DNA from: Pocillopora damicornis
Taxonomy: Eukaryota
Assembly (NCBI RefSeq): GCF_003704095.1
Contig: NW_020846553.1
Coordinates: 372,001-436,000, forward strand
Reading direction: 5' to 3'
Length of the DNA stretch: 64,000 nt
Under the pieces are notes generated by a model. That model worked only from the letters and a program-made list of their open reading frames with translations, did not search any database and had not been told where the DNA came from. Below are positions 1-13,400 of the stretch, piece by piece; within the stretch, counting starts at the first letter, position 1; the number at the start of each line of letters is the position of its first letter. The translations under genes and the position numbers were made by a program.

Positions 1-12
1 TTTCTTTCTCAG

Positions 13-3000
13 AAAACATTGGTATAAAAAATGCCAAACTGTTTGAAGGAGATATGATTTTAAGCACAGCTCAGCGGTTAGCTGCCATGAAAGGATTAGA
101 TGTAGATAGAGCGAGGGGAAACGCAAGAGGCTCAGTCATGAATATGCAATGGCCAGGAGGGGTAATGATCTATGATATTGCAACGAAGATAGGTGAGGAC
201 AAATGGAGTAAGGACAGATATGAAAAACGTTTAAAATAGGGTTACTTATATTGCCGTTCTACAAGTCTCCTAATTTGATTGATTGAAATAAGACTTGGAA
301 GGAGATTGCCTTGGTTATTTCCAAGTATCCTCCGATCCGATTTTTCTTCTCTAGAAACCCTTGAAGGTAACTCCAAGAGGTCTAAGTTTAAAATTTCAAC
401 TCAGTTCGATCGCAAATCGCTGTCAAAGCTCCAAAGTGCATGCATCAGTGCATGTTTTTCGTATGAGACTTCAAGAAATCATTTGGTAGGATTTTAACGG
501 CCAAATGTTTTATTTCACTCCAAGCCTCGCTTTCTAGGTGCAGACTGATGAGTTTTAATAAGAAATTTTTTCCTAAAAATTCCGAAAAGAAAACGGACAC
601 CCACATAAAAACAACAAAGATATAAGAAACATTGTAATTCTTTTGCTCGGTAAACAGATAGATAGAGATGTCACGAGCGTGGTACAAAGAAAAAACTCTG
701 AAGCCCCCGTGAAGAATCGAACCTCAGACCTTCGGATTCCGCGCTCTGGTGCTCTACTACTGAGCCACAGAGACTCTGTGGTGAGCGAGGCCCACTACGA
801 AGTTTAAATATGACACACGTCCAGGATCAACAATGTTGATAGCGCCATGTTTTGTAAACATGAGTCCGAGATTCGATTTCTCAAGTGGACTTAGATTCTA
901 TTTCTTTGTTCCGCGCTCGTGACAAGACGAATAAACATCTTTCTTTATCAACGAAAGTTGTAATAGAAACGAAGCTTGAAGATGAAAATTCGCTAAATGA
1001 CATCGGGTATTAAGAGGCATTCCTCCTTTGCAGCGAGGGACGCTAAAATGATGTCCATTCTCAACAAAGCCATGAAGCAATGGACCAGTAAGACCTGCAT
1101 ACGATTCCAAAAGCGCCAACGAGAGCATGGGTACGCCTATTTCCACGTAGGCCAAGGGTAAGAGTGAAATTAATTCTCTTACTGATTACACGTGAGGACA
1201 AAACTAATTACTTTCGACCTACAGGTTTCCCTTCGTCAATGAGAACTTAAACCTTGTAATGTTCTTTATCTTACAGTTGTTCCTCTGAGGTGGGTTATCA
1301 GAGGAGACTCCAATACATTTCACTTGGCAATGGCTGTTGGAGCGTGGGAACAGCAGCACACGAGATTGGTGGGTTCATCAAACTTTAATTTTTTTTGCCA
1401 GCGGGAAACTGTGTGCTTGAACAGCCCGCTTCTTTTGGCACGCAACCACTCTTATACCGCTGGGTTCACCCACCAGCTGAGCTGCAGCGGGGCATCCGCC
1501 TAACGGCTGGTTATGCAGAAAATGAGCGTGATTTAAACACAGCACAATACACATTTAAGTATACTACAACAAAATTAACAGTTTGACGATATGCAGTCTT
1601 TTCATTTGTATAAGAAAAAGCCGGATTCACTACCCTATACAATATATATATATATATATATATGCATTCTGTAAACCAGCTATTCTTTCACTTGCTTCTA
1701 GGGCACGCTCTAGGATTTTACCACGAGCAATCTCGTCCAGATCGAGACAACTACGTAACCATATACAAACAAAATATAATGCAAGGTAGGGAATTATCAT
1801 ATGACGCATATCTGAAAATAGAGTTTACTCAGGCGTCTTTTCCAACGAGAAATTAACCCCTTTTAATTTCTCTAAATTTCCTTTTTTCCTCTTTTATTTA
1901 AGCCTACCTGACTAACGTGATATTTCATATTCACAAACAGTTCTAAAGTTATAATGCAATTCTTGAAAACAATACAATAATGAACTATTAATACAAATCG
2001 TAATAAAAAGGCATCATTCAATTACACACACTGCTACATTAAGACTTATAACTCGAGTGTATCCTCACTTGGGGCAATGATGTCACATCGAGACGAAAAA
2101 GATGAGTTCAGTTGTTAAGCACTAAATTATTTTTAATTTCGTTATCTTATCGCGCTAGGCATGGCCTACAACTTCAATAAGTACGGAAGAGATACCATTG
2201 ACTCACTGGGTACACCGTATGATTACGCAAGTGTGATGCATTATGACTCATATGCATTCAGTGCCAATAGAAGACCAACGATCTTGCCCAATAAGCAAGG
2301 GGTAACAAATTGATTCATTAACATTAGAGGAAATTTAACTTTGTCTCGATAGCGCAATAAACTTGGTTGAAAGTTTTATAGGGTTCCCTTGCAATTGTAG
2401 AATACCCTGAATATTCGGTAGGATCACTTGTGCCACCTTAGTCTTGATCTTACCATTACCTTAACTTAAGGGGTCTATTTTTGAACGATAAACTTCAAAG
2501 AATGATCAATTTTACTGACAGGTGACTATTGGTCAACGTAACGGAATAAGTAGCATGGATGCAAAGCAGATGAACCTTCTGTACAAATGCCAGGGGGCTA
2601 GCGGAAACGGCGGAAATGGTGGAGCCGGCGAGACTGGCGGTGGAAACAGCGGTGAGTTTTACGCTTGTTTCTCTGCCATTGAAGACAAAGCAAAACAAAA
2701 AAACAAACTATTTCCTGAAGAACAACTGAGCTATCTAAATTGAAAGCAATGTAGCAGCATTGTTGTAGAATAGCGAGCTTGCCAACATACGATTCTTGTC
2801 ATTTTAGTTTAACATCTGATTTGGATCAGGAATAGTTATTGCGGCTGGGTTGAGGAGAAGAGTTTCACTTTCCGTGAATATTAGAGATAAATTTCAGAAA
2901 GGGTGGAAAAGAGTAATTTGATTGTACACTAGCTATTGTATATTGCAGTTCCTAAATCTTGATTGGTTTACAGGTCATGGTATTATCGTACCTTTGGAGC

Positions 3001-3955
3001 ACAAACACAGAAATTACGTAGCATTTTTTGCCGCATCCTACCGTCTCATTTGTGGCGCACAGGCAGTGGAATAGTTTTCAATAAAATTATGTTGGTTTTA
3101 GTAAGTTTATGTTTGCATCCCTTCCTATTCTACTTAAGGTTGTCAGGATGGTCACAAAAACTGTCGATACTGGGCATCAATCGGAGAATGCCAAAAGAAC
3201 CCAAACTATATGCTAAAGACTTGCTGCAAGAGTTGCAAAGGTAGCCATGTGTAATCTTAATGCTAAATTGGTGATTCAAACCTCTTATTTCACATATTTG
3301 ATTACCATATGAATTTTACAGAAACTCAGCAAACCTGTACATGGTTTGAGAACACAGAACATTGGAAAACTAAAAGGGGAACACCAAGTTCTCTTAAATT
3401 TGAAAAATAGAACATGAGAACATTTCTCGCAATTTCAGTGTTATATTTTCAATTCACGGAGCACGCACCTGGTAGTCCTTATATTTTTGTCTCGTCGGTC
3501 GGATGTTTCATATCGCTGAATACGAACCCAGCTGTAATTTTTATTAGTCCAATTGAGCCATTACCATTAAGAAGGGAACTTTGATCCTTCTTCAAGCTTT
3601 TAGTAATGAGTAAGAATATTTGATGAACACAACTCAAAGTACATAAATCGCACCTCCTCATTTACGTGCAAGTTTTATGTTCTGTGTTGCTATGATTTGT
3701 TTTTTGCTTTGTTCAGTTTGTTCCTTTGTATGTTTGTTCTCTTACTCGATATCATAATAGATAATGCTTTGAAAGCAGAGGTCTTCCCCAGGAATTTATC
3801 AAACTTATGTTTTTTAATCACCTTATTAATTTACAGCTGTAACAGGGTGTAACGATACGGACAAGAATTGCGCTTACTGGGCATCCATCGGTGAGTGCAA
3901 GAAGAACGCTAATTGGATGTTGAGCCACTGCAAGAAAAGCTGCCGCAACTGCTGA
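13..3955 (+). CDS. Astacin-family (M12A) zinc metalloprotease with Gly-rich linker and two C-terminal ShKT-type domains; 5'-partial (astacin 1)
   Basis: Phase-consistent GT-AG exons 13-192, 1034-1157, 1277-1368, 1702-1785, 2159-2301, 2522-2651, 3139-3240, 3837-3955 (TGA). Prodomain motif LFEGDMIL, zinc motif [19 protein letters not shown], Met-turn SVMHY, ShKT domain [35 protein letters not shown]. Confidence 0.95.
670..923. mobile_element. tRNA-derived interspersed repeat with inverted ends (SINE/MITE-like)
   Basis: Ends gtcacgagcgtggtacaaagaaa and tttctttgttccgcgctcgtgac are reverse complements. The minus strand of ~712-768 reads gtggctcagtagtagagc...ggttcgattc, resembling Pol III A and B boxes. 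Confidence 0.7.
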
Positions 3956-4408
3956 AAATGTAGCATTTATAGTGACGTTTGAGCAGCTGAAGTAAACACG
4001 ACCGGTTAAAAAAGAGTTGAAAAGTGCTTTATAAGTGTGTACTTTTTTAAAGGTGCAACATCTATGAAAATTCATCTGTTTGAGGTATAGTGTAGAAACT
4101 GCACGTCAAGTTGTAGAGCGATACTGGACGCAAAAAGAACTGACGACAGGAAAAAAAGCTGGCAGTGGTGTGGGGGGCGGGTGGGTTGTAGGATAAGGCT
4201 CTTGTCATTGACATAATTTGATACTTCTCAACAAATCCTACTTTACATCTAAGACAAAGAGTCTATTCAAGACAGGATGAACTATTTATTGGTATTCTTC
4301 TGTGTAGAATGTCTACATATATATTCCCTCTAACGAATACCTCAATGAACTACTCTTTGAACATGCAAATAACTCAGTTAATTTTTTTTTTCTTTTTATG
4401 CAGTGTAG

Positions 4409-7400
4409 CTAACATTTCTTGCAACTTTTCTTGCACTGTTCCGTCATGAACTTCTCATTCTTTCCGCATTCCCCCAGCTTGGCCCACAGTCCACACTTTA
4501 CATGGTTGTCGCCGCAAGCTTTAAGAAGAAAAATAGCATAAATAGAAATAAGTTTTTATCATCTTATATCTTTCATTTCTTCAGTGATACACTCGGCTGC
4601 ACCTCGTGTTTTGCTCTTTATCTTCTTACCATATTTTAGTACACTTCATCTGAGATTTAGAACTGAACAGAAGCACGGCGACATGGAATCTATCTTTTAA
4701 CGATAAACTGCAAAGTTTGCATAACCTGATCAAGGCGACAACTTAAAACTACGTAAAAGTGGCCCAGAGAAAACAACTTTTTACGGTGGAAAATTTTTAT
4801 CATTAGGGAGATTTCTTTCCGATTTTAATTCCAGCTAAGCTTGATTCTTGCAACGAATATGTGCAGTTTGCCAACTCTCCCTGAGTTAGATAGTGTTTGA
4901 TTCATGCATTTAAAAACTCCAAAGCCATAAGTATTTGCATATATGTGAATAATGCCTAGACCTAACCGAATCCTATTGACCTGTCGCTCCAACGTGGACA
5001 GGATTGCTCGCGATCGCGTGGTTAGTATAAGATTACGGATGAACACTTCACGCTCTTTTGATATGCAAACGCGGCCCTCGCTCTTTACCGACGAAAAGAG
5101 CATTTCGTCACTTTGAAACAATGCTAATTGCTCCAATTGTATCTCCATTGTCTCTAAACGGACGCAAAGCGAAATTTTACAACTCCCGTTTGGGAATTTG
5201 TCAATTCAGATCTAAAGCGACCGAAGTTGGCGGTGAGCGTTTGCAACCTCATTCCTAGGTCACTGCGCCCGCAAAGCATCATGGGTACCCCACTTTTCTC
5301 GGGCGACGCTTTTCAATGGGCGCGATTCCGTAATGTGTAGTTTTGTGCGTAGTGGCCAAACCTTTGCATACAAATGGAGGTGCAATTTTCAAGATCTTGC
5401 CGTCTTCTGCATATAGGTGGTTCGGTTATCATGTTGACTAATTTCTCGTCTATACCTCAAGATACACATCTCACTCAAAATAGTAAAAGCGTTCAGTAAT
5501 TTGATAAATAGAAAACTATCGTTACTGATATTAAGCGGCTGTAGGAAATAAACGTGTCAACTAACCACAAACATGGCAGCTCCTAAGACAGTGATCCAAC
5601 ATCCATTTCTTGTTTTTAACACATTCCCCTTTCTGGGCCCATTGGGGACATTTAGAGTACTTGTCTTCGCAAGCTGGAAGAAATCGTTTTTAGAAATATT
5701 ACTTCTTTACATTAATTTCGGTATGATTTCTCTCAGAAAAAATCTTAGTATCATATTTTAAAGATCATTTACTTACCACATATTCCGCAGCTCAGAGCAC
5801 AATTCACCGACATGAATGACGGATTTTTTGAACATTCCCCCAAATTTTTCCAGGCGGGACATTGCGTTTCGTCGTTGTCCTTACACATGGGTGGTGGCCT
5901 GTTGCCTAAACAAAATAATGAGAGAGGGAAACTTTTCGATAGTCGATATGGAAACGCTTATCTCTTGGAAATATACAACTCCGGGAACTGAGTGATATTC
6001 GTTTTGATGAAAACCCCGTTTAGAACCTACTCTATCGTCTCATGAACGCATCTACGCTTAAAAAGCCCGCAGCTATCCCTAGAAATTGGTGATTATTGTT
6101 ATCATGATGATACGATAAATTTTAAGGTTCCATGGTAAGATGGACCAAAACAATTTGCTAATAAGTGCACGGTAACAATTGGAGTGCTCTTATTTTCGTT
6201 CCTTTCAATTAGCATTGCAAACTCAATCTTTCAGCCAACAGCATTCTCAATCAAATATTCTACATACACGGAAGGATCAATAATCCGTTGCTGCCGAACT
6301 TCTCCACCATCGTGATCCAAAACAAACACTCCGATATGTAAAAATTGAAAGCAAAATTAATTTGACTTAGTTTGAGCTTACCTGCATGAGGTTGCGCCGG
6401 CAACGGGCCTTTAGGTGGATCTGATATGGGGGTAAAGTTGAAAATATTAAATCTCGATTTTGCTTTTCAGAGCCGAGCTACATTATAAAGCCTTTACATA
6501 CTAGCAGAATTCAAGATGTTTACCGGTTTAATTGCCCTCTGAGAACTTTGTGCATGTGAAAAGAATATTTTTTGGAGTGTACTGATGAGAAGCGATCAGT
6601 GGATCATATCCTAATTCAAGTATCTATTCAATCAAATCGATATGAAAAGAAAGATACTTGATGTACTTACGGCAAACTCTGCAACTCTTTTGGCAATGTG
6701 AACGCATGTAGTCAGAGTTTTTAGAACAACCGTTTGGCTGTGTTGCCCATGCTGGGCACATAAAGTTGTCGTCTTTACACTCTGGAAATGAATCGTAAGA
6801 AATGATTCCGAAGAAATTTATTGAGATACTTGATCAATTTATGGTGAGAGTTGGGATTAAAGAGGGCTTGACGCTTGACCTATTCTGGACTCCAAATAAC
6901 TTTTGAAAAAAAAAATACTGATAGGTACCCATTTACTGGAGAAATCATTTGAAAAGAAAGGAATAAAATCAGGTCAAAGTTGCTGTTGTACTTCTTCCAT
7001 TGATGAGGGTTATGTGGGGCTAAACATGAGACTAATCACAATGAAATTTATGTCAACTTGATATACAGAAAAAAGAACTGTGCCGACGGAACTCAGACTA
7101 ACCGCAATCTAAACCATTACAGTTATTAGTTTAGACTGCATTTCATTGCAAACATTAAATATTAAAATTGCCATATACCTTCTTAGTTTAGCTAACTTAA
7201 GATAGAATGTCTATCTTACCACATGTATCACAGCTTCTTGCACAATGTTTGCTCATAAACTGAACATTTTTCTCGCAATGTTTGGCAGCCTTCCACTTTG
7301 AACACGACACATAGTCGTCTTGACATGCTGTGGAAAAACAATGAATTTTACAAAGGCAAAAGGTAAAAAAAATAAAAATAAAAAGGCCTCGAGTCAATAA

Positions 7401-10400
7401 CCACACTTCTTGAACTCCAAACTTAACTGACCCAAGTGGTTTTCATGGAAGTTCCTACGTGGATTTCTTTCATGGCACGAAGTACAAAAACATACTGTAC
7501 GAACAACTTCTCATTTTGAAGTGTTTTGAAAAATGTCATGACAGACCACGGCTCTGTTCTCCGAGCCGAACGATATTTGAGTGTTCTGTTTAACTACGTC
7601 TAAGGATCTATTCTGTAAAGCTATGCCAAGACTATCCATAAGATGGGATAATCTTCTCGTATGCCGTTGGAACGTAAATAAATTTTCTGGCTTAACAATT
7701 TTTTTTGGAACAAATGTTGGCTACAAAAGGTAAATACTGTTACTCACAACAAAGACCAGGATCGATGTACACGTCGTCAATGGCAATGTCAGAGTATCCA
7801 GTGCCTCCAACTCGGGCGATGATTTTGAGCTAACGGAATAAACCAAAAAAACTCATAAAGCAATCAAGCAAATGATATAAACTGTGATTTATTGCTCTAT
7901 AGAGCATATAGGTAAGAGCATTCTCCAGGCGCGATAGATAACCCCTTCACTGAACATTGCTTTATTGACTTCAACGTATTACCTTAATAAATACGAAAGA
8001 AAGAATTGTTGATTGCATAAAAATTTTTTAAAACTGATGGGCTATACACTTTTAATTAATTGGTATGACTGCCTAAAAAAACTGCCACATTCTAGTTGTG
8101 ACTCCTTTACTCGTATCTTTTGACTGTATTACCTTGTACTTTGTTCCCTCTGGAATATTGAGGCTGACCTTGGCTCCAATCCAATGAAGACCTTGATCGC
8201 CTGTCTTTGTGAAAATGTTCTTAGCTCGCTTACCAAACTCTTGCAATTTGACTATAAGCGAACCCATTGTTTTACCATACATGGTGTAAAAGAACTTCAT
8301 GCACTGGCCTCCTTTTGGAGCTGACAGCCATGGCTGGCTCTCAAGAATAGCCTGGTTACCTGGCTGGGCCGGAGCGGATGACTCCATGTACAGATAGTAG
8401 CCTAAAAACAAATGAGCTGACTTATTTAGATGAACACATGAGGCAAGATTTCTTTATTCATCAATTTTATAGCAGTTCACTAGGCCTAAAAATTGAGGAA
8501 GGTCGACGATCAGGATTAATCAGGATTGATCGATTTGTTGATTGATATCGATTGCTATTTGCCAATCAATGGCTCTCGCAGGCCAATCGGTAGTTAGCTA
8601 AACACCCTGATAGAGAGGTCAGATCACAAGTATGCTCTTAATGCCATGTATTGCTCCGGATTTATATCCATTGATTCTGACTATTAATGCCTAATTATTG
8701 ATTTCATGTATTGGCCAGGCATAGAATTTTAATAATTAATACCGCCAAAAAACTTTCATTTTCACGCTTAACTATTATTTTCATTGAAAATAATCTCCAA
8801 AATTAGAGAACTCAAAGAATTAGTAAAGGAGGTTACAATGATTTAGGACTACGGCTTCAATGGAGTTTCGATAAACTCAGTTTGGTCCAAAACTAAACGG
8901 TCGCGCAGCCAACAGTTTCAATCGGCCACCGATTTCTTAGAGTAAAGCAGCTCGCACTCTTATCGTACCTTACTTAAATGGCATTTTTAAACCAAAGTTT
9001 ATCAGTTAATTTCAATGTAACTTCTCCAAACCTTTTCCGGTTGTGTGGTCACGGCTGGGCCCAGTTTCCTTTGTCCCGGTGAAATATTTATTCCGCATCC
9101 ATTTAATTTGTCCCTTGTTAACCCACATACCCAATAACTTGCCATCAAAATCAGTGTCTTGATATCCTAAGGAATGATTTCAAAATGAAATTAGTCATGC
9201 TTGGAAAATGAAAGTAAGTTGATACTCTTGAGTCCAAACGAATGAAAACCCTAGCTAAAGAAATGGGACATCGATCTAGCGTATAATACCTAAAACGTTG
9301 TTAATGTAAGAACACGGAAAACAATTAAGCCGCCTTCCTTTCTCGCTTTTGAATTTAAAACAGAACGATCGACACATTTAGTATTTCAAAAATGTTTTAA
9401 CATTAAAGGTTTTCAAGTTCCATGATATAGAGGTAGGCTTAGGTAATTTCCAAACTGCTAACTATCAGTTGACCGTGTACAACTGGATATGTCGGGAGAA
9501 CTTAAGATAAGTCCGTGTCCGTAAGTTTCACGGCAGCTTTTGTTTCACATAAAACTATAAATACGTGGACGAACAATCCACATCGCTGTACCACGAATTA
9601 TCCGGGTAAAAATTTTGGGGCTTATTGCCTAATTTTTTCTGACTTTCATTATGACAAAAAGATAAGTGGCCTCATCGAGAAAGTCACAGCTTAAAATTTA
9701 TTCTCACTGAGTTGACATCTCTTCATTGTGCAGACTCCCTCTTCCACTGATTCCCCGGCACAATACTTCCCGCTATGTTTTGGTTCAGGGTTGTCACACT
9801 TTCTGAATCGTTTCCTTTTGCCGTCGTCACATGAAACATCGCATCTCGACCAATCAGACCAACGGCCCCAGTGCCCATTTATTCTAACTACAGATAAGAT
9901 GCGATAAGTAAATAACTTATAAACATCTACAAATTTCATTTGAGTAGATCTGCAATCTCCTCTACTAATTACAAAGGTATTGTAAACGTTCTAAGTAATA
10001 ATGCTTCAAAAGCAAAGCATGTGAGAAAATGTCATGGCTTGCATAAGGTTCATTTTTCTCCGAGACCATCGGAAGGCACAATTCTACTTCGAAAATTTAT
10101 AACAAGGAAACTCCATTAAGTCACTTGGTAATAACATGCTCAATGATGGTGCTAAATTCAAACATGAACAATAGAAGAAGCGGACATGACTTCCTAAAGT
10201 CTGCTTACGCTTCGAAAAAAAAATTCTGAAGAGAGGCGAGCGTTTCGTGTAAGAGCGGCGAAACTTTGGAACCGAACCCGCTTCTTATAAGGGCCTCACT
10301 GTTTTTTTGCATCTAAGTTTTTAAAGAGGTGTCATAGTGTAGACGGTATTAACCGATTTTTTCATTTTTCTAAAGACACTTAGTTCCCTTGGGTTGTTTC

Positions 10401-13400
10401 TAGACGCCTAACTTGTTTAATTTTTAACTTGGGGACCGCAAGTTTGTCAGGTTTAACTGGCTGTTGTCACCTCCCATTGATAAATTGTTACATACACACA
10501 TGCATAACGTTGCAGGGTCATCAAGTCTGATGTGAAGAAGGAAGGGGACGGTGAAACCCTTTTGACCCTGTCTCTGCGGAGTTCGCCACCGGTCACTATC
10601 ATTCCTAATATTGGCAATCCTTAGCTTGAGTCTAAACACAATGACCTAGATCAGTGTTATGATTGGTTAATCAAGTGCAATAAATGATTATTTTATGCAA
10701 GTTCCCAATTATAACGTTACTGATTGCAAGGCAAAAAATTGGCGTGGAATGCAGTCTTAAATTAGTCTGAATTAACAGCCTTTGAGTAACCTCTGCGATT
10801 AATAATTTGTGAGAGATGTTTACCTGGGCACTCGTAGTTTCCACATTTCACTCTTTCCGTCTCGATACCATATACGTTCACATTGCCACCACAGGCCTTA
10901 GGGTTACCTGAATTGTAACAATAACGTTGGCGCTCTTTCATGCAATCTTTATCACAAGGCGTGAATCCCGACCACTGCGTCCAACCGTAGTTTTTTGCTG
11001 CATTGAAAGGAAGGAAATAATGAATTAAAGCTAAAAAAAAAACTCATAACTTATCCTTAGATGTTACGATTCCTGCACATTACTTCCCGTGAATAAATAA
11101 CACGTCTCCATTACGCAAATCTAGGTTTTTCTATGCCTACTCTCGATCAATTTTGCAGTAGTTGGATAAGAAGTGTTGCTTTTAGCTCTCTTCTGTGAGA
11201 GATGCCTTGGTTGTAAAACGCATTTTATACAAAGCGCAATGTAATGGTTTCACAATCACAATATACGGTAGTTATTCACAGCTACAATGTGATAAGTCAA
11301 CGTAACAATTCTGAATTTATGGAGTTTCATAGGACTAGGATAGGACGAAAACAGTCTTGCTCTGAACAAAAATATGAACACTGAATTGACTAGCAACGCT
11401 ACCAAAAATGATTTCAGTTTCAGCGGCACAAATCAATTATGAATATTACATTCCCCTTTGTTGGGATGATTGCTATCCAACATTTTCAACAGGTTACCTT
11501 AATTGTTCACGAGTACTCACGTATACATTTTTGTCATCCGACTGCACGAAGTAGAGCACAAATAACGCGCGAATAGGGTACAAATATCCTGCGATGTTGT
11601 ACGGTCAAATGGACAGTTGGTTATTTTATACTGTTAAAAAACCTGTTTTCTTCTCAATTCGTTTTTCTTTTCACGCTTTGTGACAAATGAGTAGAGAGAT
11701 AGCAGAAAAAAAAAGCAGTCCGATAATAAATAACTTATTTGAAGTTTTGGTGTGTGGTATCGCTGAGCGATACAACGGGTTCGTCGAAATACGGCACAAC
11801 TCGTAAAAATTACTTAGCGATTCTGCACACCAAAACGTCCGATAATATATATATTATATATAGAATAAGAACAAAACATTACGTCCCCGTCCATGGTTAG
11901 ACTCCCAACCTTTATCATAGGGAGTTCGGCGGGCTACTTATCCTATTTCTCGCTCTCTGTTTCCCAGGAGTAAAACTACTCATAAATCTGTGCCTATACG
12001 TCTGCCTCTGTCTATAACATTTATGTTACAGACACAGTCTTGCTCATGAATTACTTACTTTCGCAATCATACAAGGCGTTGAGTTCAACTATATCCTGAG
12101 GACTCATCGTTTTCTGAGGCGTTCCAAAGTCCTTCCATCCGACTGGCTTATCAAACCTGATGATCGTGTCCAGTCCATTCTTCGTAAAAGCTCTCCTGTC
12201 ATAGTGCATGATGGATTGAAAATCGTAATTTTTTCCAATTTTGTCTATAGTTTTGTAGCTATACTTGTCAAACTGGTCTGAAAATCCTGTAAAATAAAGT
12301 GGCACATTACAATTGTTATGGTTTTCCAAGGTTTCCCAGAGGCACCTTCATAACATCACGAATTTATGATCGGTCAAGACAAAAATTTTCGAAAGCGTTT
12401 ACCTCCTTGAGGTAGCGACATGAACAAGTACTAATCACACTTTATGATTCAAGTACTAATCACACTTTATGATTTCACTTCTTTACGAGGCCGAGGCATA
12501 AGAGAGGGGATTTTTTTAAAGGAGATACTGAAGCTTTTATGTGGGTGTGGTTGCCGATATCGGTGTAAACTCACCGTCGAGGATATTTTCCCATTTGATT
12601 TCAATATATCTGTCTCCGTCATCTCTTGCTTGCTCGTGAAAGAAGCATAAGAGAGAGGATTTTTTTTAAGGAGATACTGAAGCTTTTATGGATATCTAGT
12701 TGCCGATATCGGTGTAAACTCACCGTCGAGAATATTTTCCCATTTGATTTCAATATATTTGTCCCTGTCATCTCTTGCTTGCTCGTGAAAGAATCCTACA
12801 AATAGAGAGAGGCCAAAAGGGTAGATTACAAAGTCAATTGTTAAACTTAGGGAACAAGTTTTCAAAGCAAGGGTCAAATTATGCTATCTTATTTATCTCT
12901 GGCTAAATAGAGAATTCAAAGATTAGGTATTGGTAAAGCGTACTTTCTCTTTCCTTCTAGAGTATCGTCCGTTACGTGATCCGAATAAAGGACTGATTGA
13001 AAGAGAAGGGAACTGCGGGCAGTTTGAATTTTAAGACATCATTTTTCAGAAAACAGTAGCATGAGGCTCTTTTATACGAGCAAATCGAGTAAATACTGTT
13101 ACGATGACAACCAAAGCAACTGACTTTATCCAAGTATTTTACTTTTCACTCACCAAGAGCATGTAGTAATTCGTGTATGATGGTGCCTTCGAAGTCACAT
13201 CCTTGCCCTAGGGAAAGTTTCTGAGCTCCAGCCACAGCATAACTCTTTCCTACTTTAGATGAGCACCTACAAGCAAACGACAGAAGTTCAGATGAAAGCG
13301 TAGTGTGATCGTCCGGTTGACTGTAGTCCTAAGGAGGACGGTTGACGTTAGTTGTGATTGACGTTTCGCCAACCTGAGCGGAAGTCATTAGAGTCAAGGG

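Noticed and set aside
705-770. Functional tRNA gene
   Set aside because: Only A/B-box-like remnants inside an inverted repeat; I could not build a convincing acceptor stem or cloverleaf.
4825-5258. ORFs 4825-5148 (-) and 5058-5258 (+) as genes
   Set aside because: No recognisable domain, non-ATG starts and intronic location.
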